From a virus (lineage: Duplodnaviria > Heunggongvirae > Uroviricota > Caudoviricetes), in the IMG/VR virus record IMGVR_UViG_641522624_000003: DNA of 43,003 nucleotides. One strand, 5' to 3'. Shown here in pieces: positions 1-8,782 of the stretch (positions are counted from its first letter, which is position 1; every line of letters starts with the position of its first letter). The notes under the pieces are model-generated. The model worked only from the letters and a program-made list of their open reading frames with translations. It was not told the origin of the DNA and searched no databases. The position numbers and the translations under genes were made by a program.

Positions 1-798
1 TTAATGAACATTCGTCGCCGAAAACGAGTCTGTATCATTAGTGCGATGCAGTCTCTGCAAAGGATCTTGTTGATAAAATTGGCAGAAACGTTGCCACAAT
101 GAAGGGAAACGAGGAGCAAAAAGTTCTGGGGCGCTAAAGAAATATTCAGAAAGTACGGCAAAACATTCAGCAGGATCACTGGCAGCATAAGCATCAATGC
201 TCGCCGCATTGTCGCCAACCAATTCGATTTCTTCCTGAATGTTGTTCATTGCAGCATGAAGATCGTGTTCCCAGCCAGCAACCTCACGCAACGGAATAAA
301 GGGAACTCCGCTGGCGCGATCGCCGTTACGGGTGTCCAGCTTATGAGCGACTTCATGAATAATCAGGTTAAAACCAGAAGCATCAAAAGAATCTTGTATA
401 TCCAACCAGTTCAAAACGATAGGCCCTTGCTGCCAGCTCTGACCTGACTGAACAATACGTTGGTTATGCACCAGACCGATATCGTCTTCCCATTCATCAT
501 CGACCACAAATGGCGCAGGATAAATTAAGACTTCATGAAAACCATCCAGCCATTCCAGTCCTAACTCCAGAACGGGTAGGCAAAATAGAAGTGCTATCCG
601 GCAGCTTCTTAATGAATCCAGTTCAAAGCCCTGTAAAGGAACAAGCCGCTTTTGCTGTAAAAAACGTTCGGCAAGAGTGACTAATTTGCTTTGTTCCTGT
701 TCCGTCAGACACGTTAAAAGGGGGATCGATAGTGCTTCCTGCCAGGGAAGGGCAGTTTGATGTGCTGATTCTTGTACTTTCCAGGGCCACTTAATCAT
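1..798 (-). CDS. mtfA: Mlc titration factor A (MtfA), host gene flanking the prophage
   Basis: ORF track 1..837 (-). Recalled MtfA sequence starts at the internal Met (MIKWPWK, ATG at 798..796); HExxH-like motif [10 protein letters not shown]; stop codon at 1..3. Confidence 0.85.
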   Translation of the reverse strand: MIKWPWKVQESAHQTALPWQEALSIPLLTCLTEQEQSKLVTLAERFLQQKRLVPLQGFELDSLRSCRIALLFCLPVLELGLEWLDGFHEVLIYPAPFVVDDEWEDDIGLVHNQRIVQSGQSWQQGPIVLNWLDIQDSFDASGFNLIIHEVAHKLDTRNGDRASGVPFIPLREVAGWEHDLHAAMNNIQEEIELVGDNAASIDAYAASDPAECFAVLSEYFFSAPELFAPRFPSLWQRFCQFYQQDPLQRLHRTNDTDSFSATNVH

Positions 799-891
799 CG
801 TTTTGCTCGCAAACTCGTCACTTGAACAAAATTGCACGGACAGGGACTGTTAAAATGCCAAATTTCCTGGCATCATGGCAACCATCTGAAC

Positions 892-981
892 GGAGAGATG
901 CCGGAGCGGCTGAACGGACCGGTCTCGAAAACCGGAGTGGGGGCAACTCCACCGGGGGTTCAAATCCCCCTCTCTCCGCCA
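892..981 (+). tRNA. serU: tRNA-Ser, anticodon CGA (serU-type), probable prophage integration target
   Basis: Cloverleaf read directly: acceptor GGAGAGA/TCTCTCC, anticodon stem CCGGT/ACCGG with loop CTCGAAA (anticodon CGA), long variable arm typical of tRNA-Ser, T-loop GGTTCAAATCC, 3' GCCA. Confidence 0.85.
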
Positions 982-1026
982 AAATTCAATCACTTACACA
1001 TCATTAAGTCAGTGACAAAAATCACA

Positions 1027-1063
1027 CTTGGAATTACTTGGAATATTTTCTTGGAATATTTTC
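1027..1063. repeat. Short direct repeats between tRNA and int (3x CTTGGAAT; tandem 13-bp TTGGAATATTTTC x2); candidate integrase arm-type binding sites of attL
   Basis: Repeats read directly at 1027-1034, 1037-1044, 1050-1057, with tandem 13-mers at 1038-1050 and 1051-1063, immediately 3' of the int stop codon. Confidence 0.4.
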
Positions 1064-2059
1064 AGGTAACGGGACATCAAGTGTTGGTGAAACTTTAACC
1101 TTCCTGTCATAGATTAGCACTTGCCCTTCGGTTTTGTGACCAGAGAAAAGTTGCTTATCCCGGCTGCTTCCTTCATAGTCTGAAATTCCTTTCGCCTTCA
1201 GATCATGAAAGGTGAAGTCGGTTAAAATACCTGAAATTTTTCCAGCACGATTTCTTGCATCTACCCACATTTCGTTAAAGCCTTTGTACATATATCGGTT
1301 GCCGTATTGATTGCTGATCACATAGGCAGATTTTGGTAACTGTTTTGCTTTTTCGATCGCTGCCTGTAATCGTGGACTCCATGCTTTTATCTGTTTTTTT
1401 CCGGTTTTCCCTTGCTGGATGAATATCCCGTCGTTTCCAATCTGTTCCCATTTCAGCGATAACACATCGGAAACCCTCGCTGCACACAGATAGGCAATTT
1501 CCATTGCGATAAAAACAGGAAGAGGTGCAACGCTTAATACTGCCTGGTATTCTTTGTCGGTTACATATCGTTCGCGGTTTTTGGCCTTGAATTTACTTAC
1601 ACCTGCACATGGGTTAGCCTTCACGTACCCTCGCTCATACCCCCAACTGTAAACACGGGACATACTGCTTTTTTCATGGTTGGCTTGCGTTTTACTCTGC
1701 TCCCCTCTTTTGTCCATGTATCGACGGATGTGTTCTGGTTTTATGGAATCCGCTGGTACCTTACCGAATACGGCAAGCAACTTTTTTTGATGTTGCAGAT
1801 AATCTTTTTGTGTTCTTGGACTAAGGTCACTGTAATAGGCGCTGGCGAGGAATTTTTCCCACAAGCGACCGAATGTCATTGCACGATCGCGATTATTTAC
1901 AGTTTCCTCATACTTTTTCCATAAAGCAGCTAAACCATCCTTGATGGCGGTTAGTGTGACAGATTCTCTGGATGTTGGTTTCCATACATAACTATATTTA
2001 TTTGGGTATACATTTGGAGGTAATTTTTCGTGTTCAGGATTTTTCCTTCGTCTTCCCAT
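1034..2059 (-). CDS. int: Tyrosine-type phage integrase
   Basis: ORF track 341 aa; C-terminal catalytic region with R..HxxR..Y pattern (FTFHDLKAKGISDY...GHKTEGQVLIYDRK); sits next to a tRNA gene and an excisionase-like ORF. Confidence 0.85.
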   Translation of the reverse strand: MGRRRKNPEHEKLPPNVYPNKYSYVWKPTSRESVTLTAIKDGLAALWKKYEETVNNRDRAMTFGRLWEKFLASAYYSDLSPRTQKDYLQHQKKLLAVFGKVPADSIKPEHIRRYMDKRGEQSKTQANHEKSSMSRVYSWGYERGYVKANPCAGVSKFKAKNRERYVTDKEYQAVLSVAPLPVFIAMEIAYLCAARVSDVLSLKWEQIGNDGIFIQQGKTGKKQIKAWSPRLQAAIEKAKQLPKSAYVISNQYGNRYMYKGFNEMWVDARNRAGKISGILTDFTFHDLKAKGISDYEGSSRDKQLFSGHKTEGQVLIYDRKVKVSPTLDVPLPENIPRKYSK

Positions 2060-2262
2060 CAGATCGCACCAAAATTCGGCTCTACCTCGCGTGGTGGTAA
2101 AGTTTTATTGCAGGTAAATAGATCCCGGCTGACAATCGGTTTGCCACTACGATTGGTATAGAACGGAAGCCCGTTTTCCATTAACCATTTTCGCTGGTGG
2201 CTTGCATATTTGCAGCCCGTTAATATTAGCAATTCATCTTCGGTTAAAAATAAGCTGCTCAT
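2059..2262 (-). CDS. xis: Excisionase-like protein
   Basis: 67-aa ORF immediately upstream of int and overlapping it by 1 nt; size and position typical of lambdoid Xis. Confidence 0.6.
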   Translation of the reverse strand: MSSLFLTEDELLILTGCKYASHQRKWLMENGLPFYTNRSGKPIVSRDLFTCNKTLPPREVEPNFGAI

Positions 2263-2320
2263 AGCTATATCTCATAACCGCCGCTAACTATATACGGTTA
2301 GCGGCAATTAGGGTTGAACA

Positions 2321-4762
2321 TTAAAAATCAGCCTGACTCGGGATCAGTTTTTGCCAGATAGCTGAAACGTATTTTGCCTGGTAACGAGCGTCATCAAGTG
2401 CATTATGGCGCTCACCTTCGAATGGAATAGCCGTTCTGGCATCGAAGTCTATGGCTTTCCCCAGCTCAACGATTGTGCGTACATCGCGATCGTTGTAGTA
2501 ACGCCACGGGCAGGGGATCCCCTGCCGTTCGTATGAACGGCGCAAAATCGTGTTGTCGAAGTTGGCTCCATTTCCCCAAACCTGAACAAAAAATTCACCG
2601 GAGTTTTCGTCGATAAATTCCCGCAATTGTAACAGTGCATCATCTAACGGGATTTCATCGGTCATAATGGCAGATTGCGCTTCGCGTGATTGCTTAAGCC
2701 ACCATTTAATGGTGTCCCGATCAATGACTCCGCCAGCAGTTTCCAGATCGATAGTCTTACTAAATTCCGGTCCCATATCTCCGGTTTGCGGATCGAAAAA
2801 TATTGCACCTATTGAGATGATCGGGGCATCAGGATTTTTTCCCATGGTTTCAAGGTCGATCATTAGATGGTCACACGTCCTGCTGGTGGATGTGATTTCG
2901 TGATGACCGTTCACCTTAATTGGGTGATCTGCCGTCTCGCCAGTTTTATTATCGCTGGCGTGATGCTGATTGCCGCCAGGGTTCTCCTTGTGTGGATGTT
3001 CAGCGCCTTCCATTTCCTCCGGATCATTTTCCTGAACTTCAACCTGATTCTCTTCATCGAATGTTTCCTGGTATGTTGCGTCGCCCATCACCGCGCCACA
3101 ATCAGGGCAGTTGCCGCCACCGCTCTGACCGCAGGCGGTGCAGACTTTTTCCGGTTCCTGTTGCGCTACTGGTTCGGATTGTTTCGTTTCTGGCTCGTTT
3201 TGTAACGCATTTGGGCTGTTTTGTTCCGCTTTTTGGTCGTTCCGTTCCGATTCATGCTGGTTCTGGTTCACAGAATCGCGAGTCTGGATCCCCTTGACCC
3301 ATTTCGGATCATTAGGGTCGCTAATCCCCTCAACAAATTCACCACGCGATACAGCAAGTAACTTATCGGCGTCAGGCTGGCTGATATTGGCTGCCTGCAT
3401 AATTTTGTTTACTTCGTCAGCGGTGACTTTTACTTGGTTAGCGGAACTCACCTGCGACTGAGCATCCAGCGACTGCGCGTTCTGGCCATGTTCAGTTGTA
3501 TCCGGTTCCATTGTTTCAGTTGTTGCCTGTTCACCTGCCATTGCGTCAGATGGTTGTGGTTTTTCTTCTTCTGTTTCACGCTCAGTAACCACCTCGCGGT
3601 TAATTTCTTCCAGGATATCTTTTTCCGGCGTATGCCGGGCAGCTGTGAGAGTTTCCTTGCTGGGGTTCTCGTGATCAGTTTCCGTCAAATAGGCGTTGAT
3701 ATACCCCTGAAGGCGTCCCGGGTAGTGATAAAATTCAGGGTGTGCGCTTCGGATAAGTGCAAAAATAGCGGCGCGGGAATAGTCCAGAATACCCGGGGTT
3801 GCACGAAGTGCTGCGGACCATTCTTTGAACGGACTTTCTTTGTTCAGGACTACTTCTTTTGCGCGACGATAAACGCTGCCCGGAATTTCATAAATATTAA
3901 AATCCATCGGAAGTGTGGCTGCTGCAATCTCCACATCCAGTGTGTCGAGGGTGTGTACTAAATTCGGATTGCGATCGGTTTTGTTCCCACCGCCAGCATT
4001 AGCACCGGAAGCCGTGCGGGTGATGCGTGAAACACGATTTCCTTTCATCCACTCTTTTGTCAGCAGACCCCGATCAGTGTAGTCAGCGTCCAGGTATGCT
4101 TCGAAAAAAGCAGTTATTAGTCCCAGGTCTGAATTACCAGGATTAGGGAAAACTTTGTCAGTGTCACGAACCAGTTTGTGGAGGTCGCGAATCTCCAGCG
4201 AGTCGAGCAGACTGGTTTTATGCGAAATAGCCAGGGCAGTAACAGCCGGTAGTTCTTCAGCCCGTGCAATGTGTAATGCCTGGAGTTCGTCGCGTGAAAC
4301 GTGCGTTACTGGTTTTTCGCTGCCGTGTTGAGCAAGCCAACGAATGGGCAGTTCCTGACCGGAGACAGGCAGAAGCATGCTCTCCTCAATCTCAGTCATG
4401 TCTTCGCCGTTGATGTTGGTATTGTCAGTGCTGGCTGGTTTGTCCTGAACAGAGGGGGAAGGGCCGATAAATGTCATTGTGATGCCATCTTTCCCGCCTT
4501 TTTCATAGCGGTTGCAGAATTCAGTATCAAACACGCCTTCTGGCGGAAGGTCGTCAACAACGGGCAAATTGACGCGGACGGGTTTTTTAAAGTCGTCTTC
4601 ATCATAATCGTTGTCATCCATTGCGGTAATGCAGCGGGAGATTGCAACAGATAATTTTTTTGCTGTAGTCCAGTAAAAACCACCTTTAATTCCCAGGCGT
4701 TTTCTTACTTTGTCATTTTTTGCTTCGCAATATAGTGCAAATTCTTCTTTATCAGTGCTCAT
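2321..4762 (-). CDS. Large phage exonuclease: RecE-N-terminal-like region, central Cys4 zinc ribbon, C-terminal DnaQ-like (DEDDh) 3'-5' exonuclease domain
   Basis: 813-aa ORF. N-terminal segment ([10 protein letters not shown]...[21 protein letters not shown]...) matches my memory of the RecE N-terminal region; [16 protein letters not shown] zinc ribbon; C-terminal [10 protein letters not shown]...WGNGANFD...[10 protein letters not shown] looks like the DnaQ Exo I/II/III motifs. Confidence 0.6.
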   Translation of the reverse strand: MSTDKEEFALYCEAKNDKVRKRLGIKGGFYWTTAKKLSVAISRCITAMDDNDYDEDDFKKPVRVNLPVVDDLPPEGVFDTEFCNRYEKGGKDGITMTFIGPSPSVQDKPASTDNTNINGEDMTEIEESMLLPVSGQELPIRWLAQHGSEKPVTHVSRDELQALHIARAEELPAVTALAISHKTSLLDSLEIRDLHKLVRDTDKVFPNPGNSDLGLITAFFEAYLDADYTDRGLLTKEWMKGNRVSRITRTASGANAGGGNKTDRNPNLVHTLDTLDVEIAAATLPMDFNIYEIPGSVYRRAKEVVLNKESPFKEWSAALRATPGILDYSRAAIFALIRSAHPEFYHYPGRLQGYINAYLTETDHENPSKETLTAARHTPEKDILEEINREVVTERETEEEKPQPSDAMAGEQATTETMEPDTTEHGQNAQSLDAQSQVSSANQVKVTADEVNKIMQAANISQPDADKLLAVSRGEFVEGISDPNDPKWVKGIQTRDSVNQNQHESERNDQKAEQNSPNALQNEPETKQSEPVAQQEPEKVCTACGQSGGGNCPDCGAVMGDATYQETFDEENQVEVQENDPEEMEGAEHPHKENPGGNQHHASDNKTGETADHPIKVNGHHEITSTSRTCDHLMIDLETMGKNPDAPIISIGAIFFDPQTGDMGPEFSKTIDLETAGGVIDRDTIKWWLKQSREAQSAIMTDEIPLDDALLQLREFIDENSGEFFVQVWGNGANFDNTILRRSYERQGIPCPWRYYNDRDVRTIVELGKAIDFDARTAIPFEGERHNALDDARYQAKYVSAIWQKLIPSQADF

Positions 4763-4855
4763 TATTGGTAAACCTCATCACAGATTTAAGGGTGAACAAA
4801 TCTCTGCCATTGCTGACATATAAGAATGAAACTGGATATTTATTACGGTGCTGTT

Positions 4856-5047
4856 TTAAAATCCTGCCGGGATTTCGTTATTATCCTGGTGAATAACTTT
4901 ATCGACCGGATAACAGTTGCCTGGAATTTTCTGTTCGGTTGCTGCTGCCATACATTCCTGCTTTGTTCTGTGAACACTGACTGCAATATCAACTGGCCCT
5001 CCGGAAACAAGAAAAACCGTCAGAATAAGTGCAAATACTGGATTCAT
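4856..5047 (-). CDS. ydfD: YdfD-like small lysis/membrane protein (63 aa from internal Met MNPVF)
   Basis: ORF track 4856..5101 (-); hydrophobic N-terminus MNPVFALILTVFLVSGG; lies directly downstream of dicB as in the Qin dicB operon. Confidence 0.55.
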   Translation of the reverse strand: MNPVFALILTVFLVSGGPVDIAVSVHRTKQECMAAATEQKIPGNCYPVDKVIHQDNNEIPAGF

Positions 5048-5232
5048 TGTGCACATCCTTTTGGCATCAGACGTAAACGGGCCAGCATTGAAACAATGCA
5101 TACTTTATTTAATAACTCCCGTTCGTGTTTTCTTTTGTTAATGGCATCTTCAGTAAATACAGGATTACTGATAGTGACACCAATTTCAAAACAACCTTCA
5201 GACGTATTAACGTTTGGTAATAACGTTTTCAT
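5044..5232 (-). CDS. dicB: Cell-division inhibitor DicB
   Basis: 62-aa product MKTLLPNVNTSEGCFEIGVTISNPVFTEDAINKRK.ERELLNK.CIVSMLARLRLMPKGCAQ, recalled as near-identical to E. coli DicB; start at the internal Met of track ORF 5044..5337. Confidence 0.8.
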   Translation of the reverse strand: MKTLLPNVNTSEGCFEIGVTISNPVFTEDAINKRKHERELLNKVCIVSMLARLRLMPKGCAQ

Positions 5233-5401
5233 TATCGCGCCCTCAACAATGAGTTTTGTGATGCGGTGCCTGGTGCCTCCAGGTGACGTTAACCAGTTAA
5301 CAATTAACGCCGGATACAGAGAATCCACCCATAACACTGTTTTTGGTTTTAACTGTTCCGCGTGCGCTTAGCCGCATTCACCGCATCACAAAATTCACTT
5401 T

Positions 5402-5459
5402 AAAAAGGGCGGCAGAGCAGTCACGGAGTAAAACTGATACCGCCAAACGTCACCAGAAA
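5402..5459 (-). ncRNA. dicF: DicF small regulatory RNA
   Basis: Minus-strand sequence TTTCTGGTGACGTTTGGCGGTATCAGTTTTACTCCGTGACTGCTCTGCCGCCCTTTTT matches my memory of DicF including its terminal hairpin and U-tail; located between ydfC and dicB. Confidence 0.8.
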
Positions 5460-5799
5460 ATTGATAACAGAGGGCGTTGCAGCGGGGTTGTCACTTAAGC
5501 GTATGGTCAACCTGACAACCCGGTGTCCTCAACGGGGAAGGAATAACCCCGCCATACTTACCGCCGCGCCATTTCGCGGAGTGCCACAACCGGAAGCGCA
5601 CGGTCGACGAAAATTTAACGACAGGCTATCTATGAACCAGCTACCTCGCCGTGCGCTTTCGCGTTATGGTCTGACTTTTCAGGGAAATATCCTTTCAGTA
5701 AACTGTCAGTGCCGGATGCTCACCCGTGTCCGGCGCACGCACTCCACCTCACCCGTGGAGAACTCCTTAATTACCAACCTTAGCTTCGTTGGTTAGCTA

Positions 5800-6018
5800 T
5801 TAACGCGGGTATGTAATCATTCTGGCAATGCTTAATGCCGCTGCTTTTTCCAGATTGGTGATATCCTGCTCCAGAGCGGACAGATTTTCAGCCTGCTTAG
5901 CCCTGGCTTCATTAGCCCATTTCAGATCCTGCGCTGCATTAATTTTCTGGCGCATCCACTCATAAAGTTCATCATCGGTATAGTCTGGCGCGATTATGAC
6001 GGGTTCTCGTTTCTGCAT
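5800..6018 (-). CDS. ydfC: YdfC-like protein (72 aa)
   Basis: ORF track 72 aa (MQKREPVIIAPDYTDDELYEWMRQ...); position and size match ydfC of the dicB operon. Confidence 0.6.
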   Translation of the reverse strand: MQKREPVIIAPDYTDDELYEWMRQKINAAQDLKWANEARAKQAENLSALEQDITNLEKAAALSIARMITYPR

Positions 6019-6047
6019 ACTGATTCCTCGCGGTGCTACTTCGCTTA

Positions 6048-6176
6048 TCAGCCGTTAGATTTTGCCGAGCTGGAAAGCGCCTGTTTAAACTCACTGAAGC
6101 TGAGAGCTTCTTCGCCTTCGGCAAGGTCTTCGAAGTATTCTTCGTAAGCCTTTTCCATGATTGCGTCGAAATCCAT
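6048..6176 (-). CDS. ydfB: YdfB-like small acidic protein (42 aa)
   Basis: Hand-translated minus-strand ORF MDFDAIMEKAYEEYFEDLAEGEEALSFSEFKQALSSSAKSNG; below the 60-aa cutoff of the ORF track; start codon abuts the ydfA stop. Confidence 0.55.
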   Translation of the reverse strand: MDFDAIMEKAYEEYFEDLAEGEEALSFSEFKQALSSSAKSNG

Positions 6177-6177
6177 A

Positions 6178-6333
6178 TCACTCACCTGAATTTCTTTCCA
6201 GCCAGCGACGCGCGTCAGATTCGGTTTTAAACGTTTTACTTCTGGTATACGTCATGGCGGTGAATGTGCCGTCCTGGTTGGGGAACACACCACATACCAG
6301 AGATTCGCTGTTGCCAAGATCGATAGTATCCAT
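6178..6333 (-). CDS. ydfA: YdfA-like protein (51 aa from internal Met MDTIDL)
   Basis: ORF track 6178..6438 (-) opens with TTG; the internal ATG gives a 51-aa product matching the size of ydfA. It is the first gene of the leftward operon downstream of a DicA operator copy. Confidence 0.55.
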   Translation of the reverse strand: MDTIDLGNSESLVCGVFPNQDGTFTAMTYTRSKTFKTESDARRWLERNSGE

Positions 6334-6448
6334 GCTGACCTCATTACCCCTTAACGCCGGGTAGCGGAACTGTTTGCTGAGAACACCGTGCGGTGTCTTG
6401 ATGGGTGGTAATTTAGTTTTCTCATGAATGTTGGTCAAGCATTTTTAA

Positions 6449-6461
6449 TGAGAAAACTCAA
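6449..6461. promoter_or_regulatory. Palindromic operator-like site TGAGAAAACTCAA (copy 1), upstream of the dicB-operon genes
   Basis: 13-bp element with inverted halves TGAG/CTCA around AAAA; an identical copy lies in the dicA-dicC intergenic region. Confidence 0.45.
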
Positions 6462-6522
6462 TATTTAATGCAAAATAAAGCCAATACATTGAAATGTAAG
6501 GCTTTAAAATTTGTGAAGGGGG

Positions 6523-6930
6523 TTACTGATGTTTGTTACGTTTGCGAGCTTCTAGTAGCTCGGTGAATAGGCGATTAAAATTCTCAACGCGGGCACGGAG
6601 TTCGCTGATTTGTGCTTGCTGCTCTGATTTTGGAAGTGCGCGATACAATCGCAACATCTCCAACTCATCTTCCGATAAGTCTAAGGCGCTGTTGAGTGCT
6701 ACTGGTGGATCTGGTGTTTTATCCTCGTCACCAAACAGTATCCAAGTTGGTGAACATTGCAATACCTCAGCCAGGCGATGCAAATTTTGCCCGCGCGGGG
6801 CTGTATGGTCGCTTTCCCATAGTGAAATTGATGAGCCAGATACGCCAGCGGCTTTGCTTAAATCGTTTTGACTTAAACCAACCTGTTTGCGTCTTTCTCT
6901 AATTCGTTGACCTAAAGTTTTCTCGTTCAT
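6523..6930 (-). CDS. dicA: DicA-like HTH (XRE-family) repressor
   Basis: 135-aa ORF with N-terminal HTH (LGQRIRERRKQVGLSQNDLSKAAGVSGSSISLWE) and C-terminal segment LQCSPTWILFGDEDK recalled from DicA; divergent from a DicC-like gene. Confidence 0.8.
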   Translation of the reverse strand: MNEKTLGQRIRERRKQVGLSQNDLSKAAGVSGSSISLWESDHTAPRGQNLHRLAEVLQCSPTWILFGDEDKTPDPPVALNSALDLSEDELEMLRLYRALPKSEQQAQISELRARVENFNRLFTELLEARKRNKHQ

Positions 6931-6981
6931 ATTTAGATATCTTAATAACCCTTGACTTGAGATTCCTTGAATGATTACTAT

Positions 6982-6994
6982 TGAGAAAACTCAA
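6982..6994. promoter_or_regulatory. Palindromic operator-like site TGAGAAAACTCAA (copy 2), in the dicA-dicC divergent promoter region
   Basis: Exact second copy of the 13-bp element, overlapping the 5' region of the dicC-like gene. Confidence 0.45.
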
Positions 6995-7007
6995 CTTTGG
7001 AGGGGTG

Positions 7008-7235
7008 ATGTTTAAATCAGACGTAATTAATTTTTATGGGACGAAAGCCAAAGTAGCGAAAGCTGCTGGTGTTGATCCATCTGCTGTTTCTCAATGGGGG
7101 GAACTGGTTCCTGAAGGTCGCGCGATGCGCCTGCAAGAGGCATCCGGCGGGGAACTTCAGTACGACCCCAAAGTTTATGACGAATATCGTAAGGCAAAGC
7201 GGGCGGGGCGGTTGAACAATGAAAATCACCCCTGA
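7008..7235 (+). CDS. dicC: DicC-like Cro-type regulator
   Basis: Product contains LVPEGRAMRLQEASGGELQYDPKVYDEYRKAKRAGRLNNEN, recalled as DicC-like; start taken at the internal ATG of track ORF 6981..7235. Confidence 0.7.
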   Translation: MFKSDVINFYGTKAKVAKAAGVDPSAVSQWGELVPEGRAMRLQEASGGELQYDPKVYDEYRKAKRAGRLNNENHP

Positions 7236-7770
7236 ACAGGTTTGTGAGGCTCTGGATGCCTGGGTATGTCGACCAGGAATGACACAGGAGCAAGCGACGA
7301 TATTAATCACGGAAGCATTCTGGGCTCTGAAAGAACGCCCGAACATCGATGTTCAACGCGTCACGTTTAATGATGGCGAGGTTGATCAACGGGCGCTGGG
7401 CGTTAACCGGGTGAAGATATTCGAACGCTGGAAAGCTATCGACACCAGGGATAAGCGGAAAAAATTCACGGCGCTGATTCCGGCAATTATGGAGGCTATC
7501 CGAATTAGTGATTTCAGGTTGTATCGTGAGATCAGTGATGGAAAAAGCATTACGTACATGATCGCCGGATTAAACAAAGAATATGGCGATGTGGTGGAGT
7601 CCGGGCTGCTTTTTGCGGATCCAGCTGTTGTGGAACGTGAGACTGACGAGCTTATAGAAAAAGCTATTGCTTTCAAGCATGCGTATCGTCAGCAATATCA
7701 ATATTACTTTGCAGATAAACAAATGTCTGCCAGGGGTTTGTATGAGTATCGATGCACTACGATGGGCTAA
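7219..7770 (+). CDS. YdaT-like phage regulatory protein (putative)
   Basis: 183-aa ORF after the cro-like gene; segment KIFERW...ALIPAIMEAI resembles my recollection of YdaT-family proteins; a CII-type role is possible by position. Confidence 0.4.
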   Translation: MKITPEQVCEALDAWVCRPGMTQEQATILITEAFWALKERPNIDVQRVTFNDGEVDQRALGVNRVKIFERWKAIDTRDKRKKFTALIPAIMEAIRISDFRLYREISDGKSITYMIAGLNKEYGDVVESGLLFADPAVVERETDELIEKAIAFKHAYRQQYQYYFADKQMSARGLYEYRCTTMG

Positions 7771-8782
7771 AAAGGTGAAAACCGGCAGTTCATCCAGTAA
7801 GTCTGTATTGACCTGGCTTGCTGATATGTGCGGTGCCGATTTGTGTGCATACCCGTCTGTATCTGCACTGGCAGAAGTAACGGAACTAAACAAAAAGACT
7901 GTGCAGGACAGCTTACGACACCTGATGGAGATTGGGTTAATTGTTGATACCGGTGAGAGAAAAGGCAGAACAAAGCAAATTGTGGTGTACCGACTTATCG
8001 GTGTAGAAGAAAGTGTTGCCGAGCCTGAATACACCCAAAAACGGGAGTCTTTAAAGGTGGGTAAAATTGGTGCTGTTAATAAAAACAGTACCGAAAATGG
8101 TTATGTTTCAGCACAAAACAGACCCAAAAACGGAACTCTTAGCTGCATGGAAAATAACCAAAGACACCCAAATTTTCCATCAAAGACACCCAAAAACGGA
8201 TCACGGAACCCAAAGGAACCCAAAGATCTAAACCCCACACATAACGCACGCGAGAGTGCTCCGACCAGTGAGCAGGAAGTTTTGTCGTTACAGGCAGCAC
8301 CCCTTGTATTCCTGGATGGCCTGAGCGAACCCATCGGAAAATTTCCGATGACCGATAGCTGGTATCCGTCACGGGATTTTCGACGACGGGCTGCGTTGTG
8401 GGGGATGGCTTTGCCGGAGACAGAATTTACACCTGCTGAACTTGCCGCCTTCCGGGACTACTGGGCAGCGGAGGGGAAAGTGTTTACTCAGATTCAGTGG
8501 GAGCAGAAATTCGCCCGTCACGTAAATCACGTCAGGGCGCAGGTTAAACCAGTCAGCAAGGGGGTAAACCATGCAGCAGCACCAGGTGGCACCGCATCAC
8601 GGGCAGTTCAGGAAATTCGGGCAGCACGTGAGCAGTGGGAACGTGAAAACGGATTTATCAGCGACGGAAACGGTCTGGAAGCTGTGGGAACTCATGGGGG
8701 AGGTTTATTCGAACCGCTGGACCCAGAAGAACGGGGCCGCACCTTCGAAGCTCTGGATTGCACAGATTGGCGCGATGACTGA
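7742..8782 (+). CDS. Replication initiator (O-like): N-terminal HTH domain, C-terminal DnaT-like domain
   Basis: Start at MSIDALRWAKK within track ORF 7667..8782; HTH segment SVSALAEVTELNKKTVQDSLRHLMEIGLI; iteron-like repeats lie inside the gene; C-terminal region FTPAELAAFRDYWAAEGKVF resembles DnaT-like domains. Confidence 0.6.
   Translation: MSIDALRWAKKVKTGSSSSKSVLTWLADMCGADLCAYPSVSALAEVTELNKKTVQDSLRHLMEIGLIVDTGERKGRTKQIVVYRLIGVEESVAEPEYTQKRESLKVGKIGAVNKNSTENGYVSAQNRPKNGTLSCMENNQRHPNFPSKTPKNGSRNPKEPKDLNPTHNARESAPTSEQEVLSLQAAPLVFLDGLSEPIGKFPMTDSWYPSRDFRRRAALWGMALPETEFTPAELAAFRDYWAAEGKVFTQIQWEQKFARHVNHVRAQVKPVSKGVNHAAAPGGTASRAVQEIRAAREQWERENGFISDGNGLEAVGTHGGGLFEPLDPEERGRTFEALDCTDWRDD
8030..8226. 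repeat. Iteron-like repeats (ACCCAAA core, about 6 copies; tandem GAACCCAAAG x2), putative replication origin inside the initiator gene
   Basis: Direct repeats at about 8031-8044, 8120-8134, 8162-8172, 8183-8200, 8206-8215 and 8216-8225. Confidence 0.5.

Noticed and set aside
2321-4855. RecT/Bet-type single-strand annealing protein next to the exonuclease
   Set aside because: No candidate ORF; the interval between exonuclease and xis is 58 bp and the upstream neighbour is ydfD.
5461-5796. 111-aa plus-strand ORF between DicF and ydfC
   Set aside because: Opposite to the direction of the dicB operon, starts with TTG and has an Arg-rich low-complexity product; the region is more plausibly untranslated structured RNA.
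5972-6181. 69-aa minus-strand ORF overlapping ydfB/ydfC
   Set aside because: Basic low-complexity product in an alternative frame; the shorter YdfB-like ORF in the other frame fits the conserved operon.
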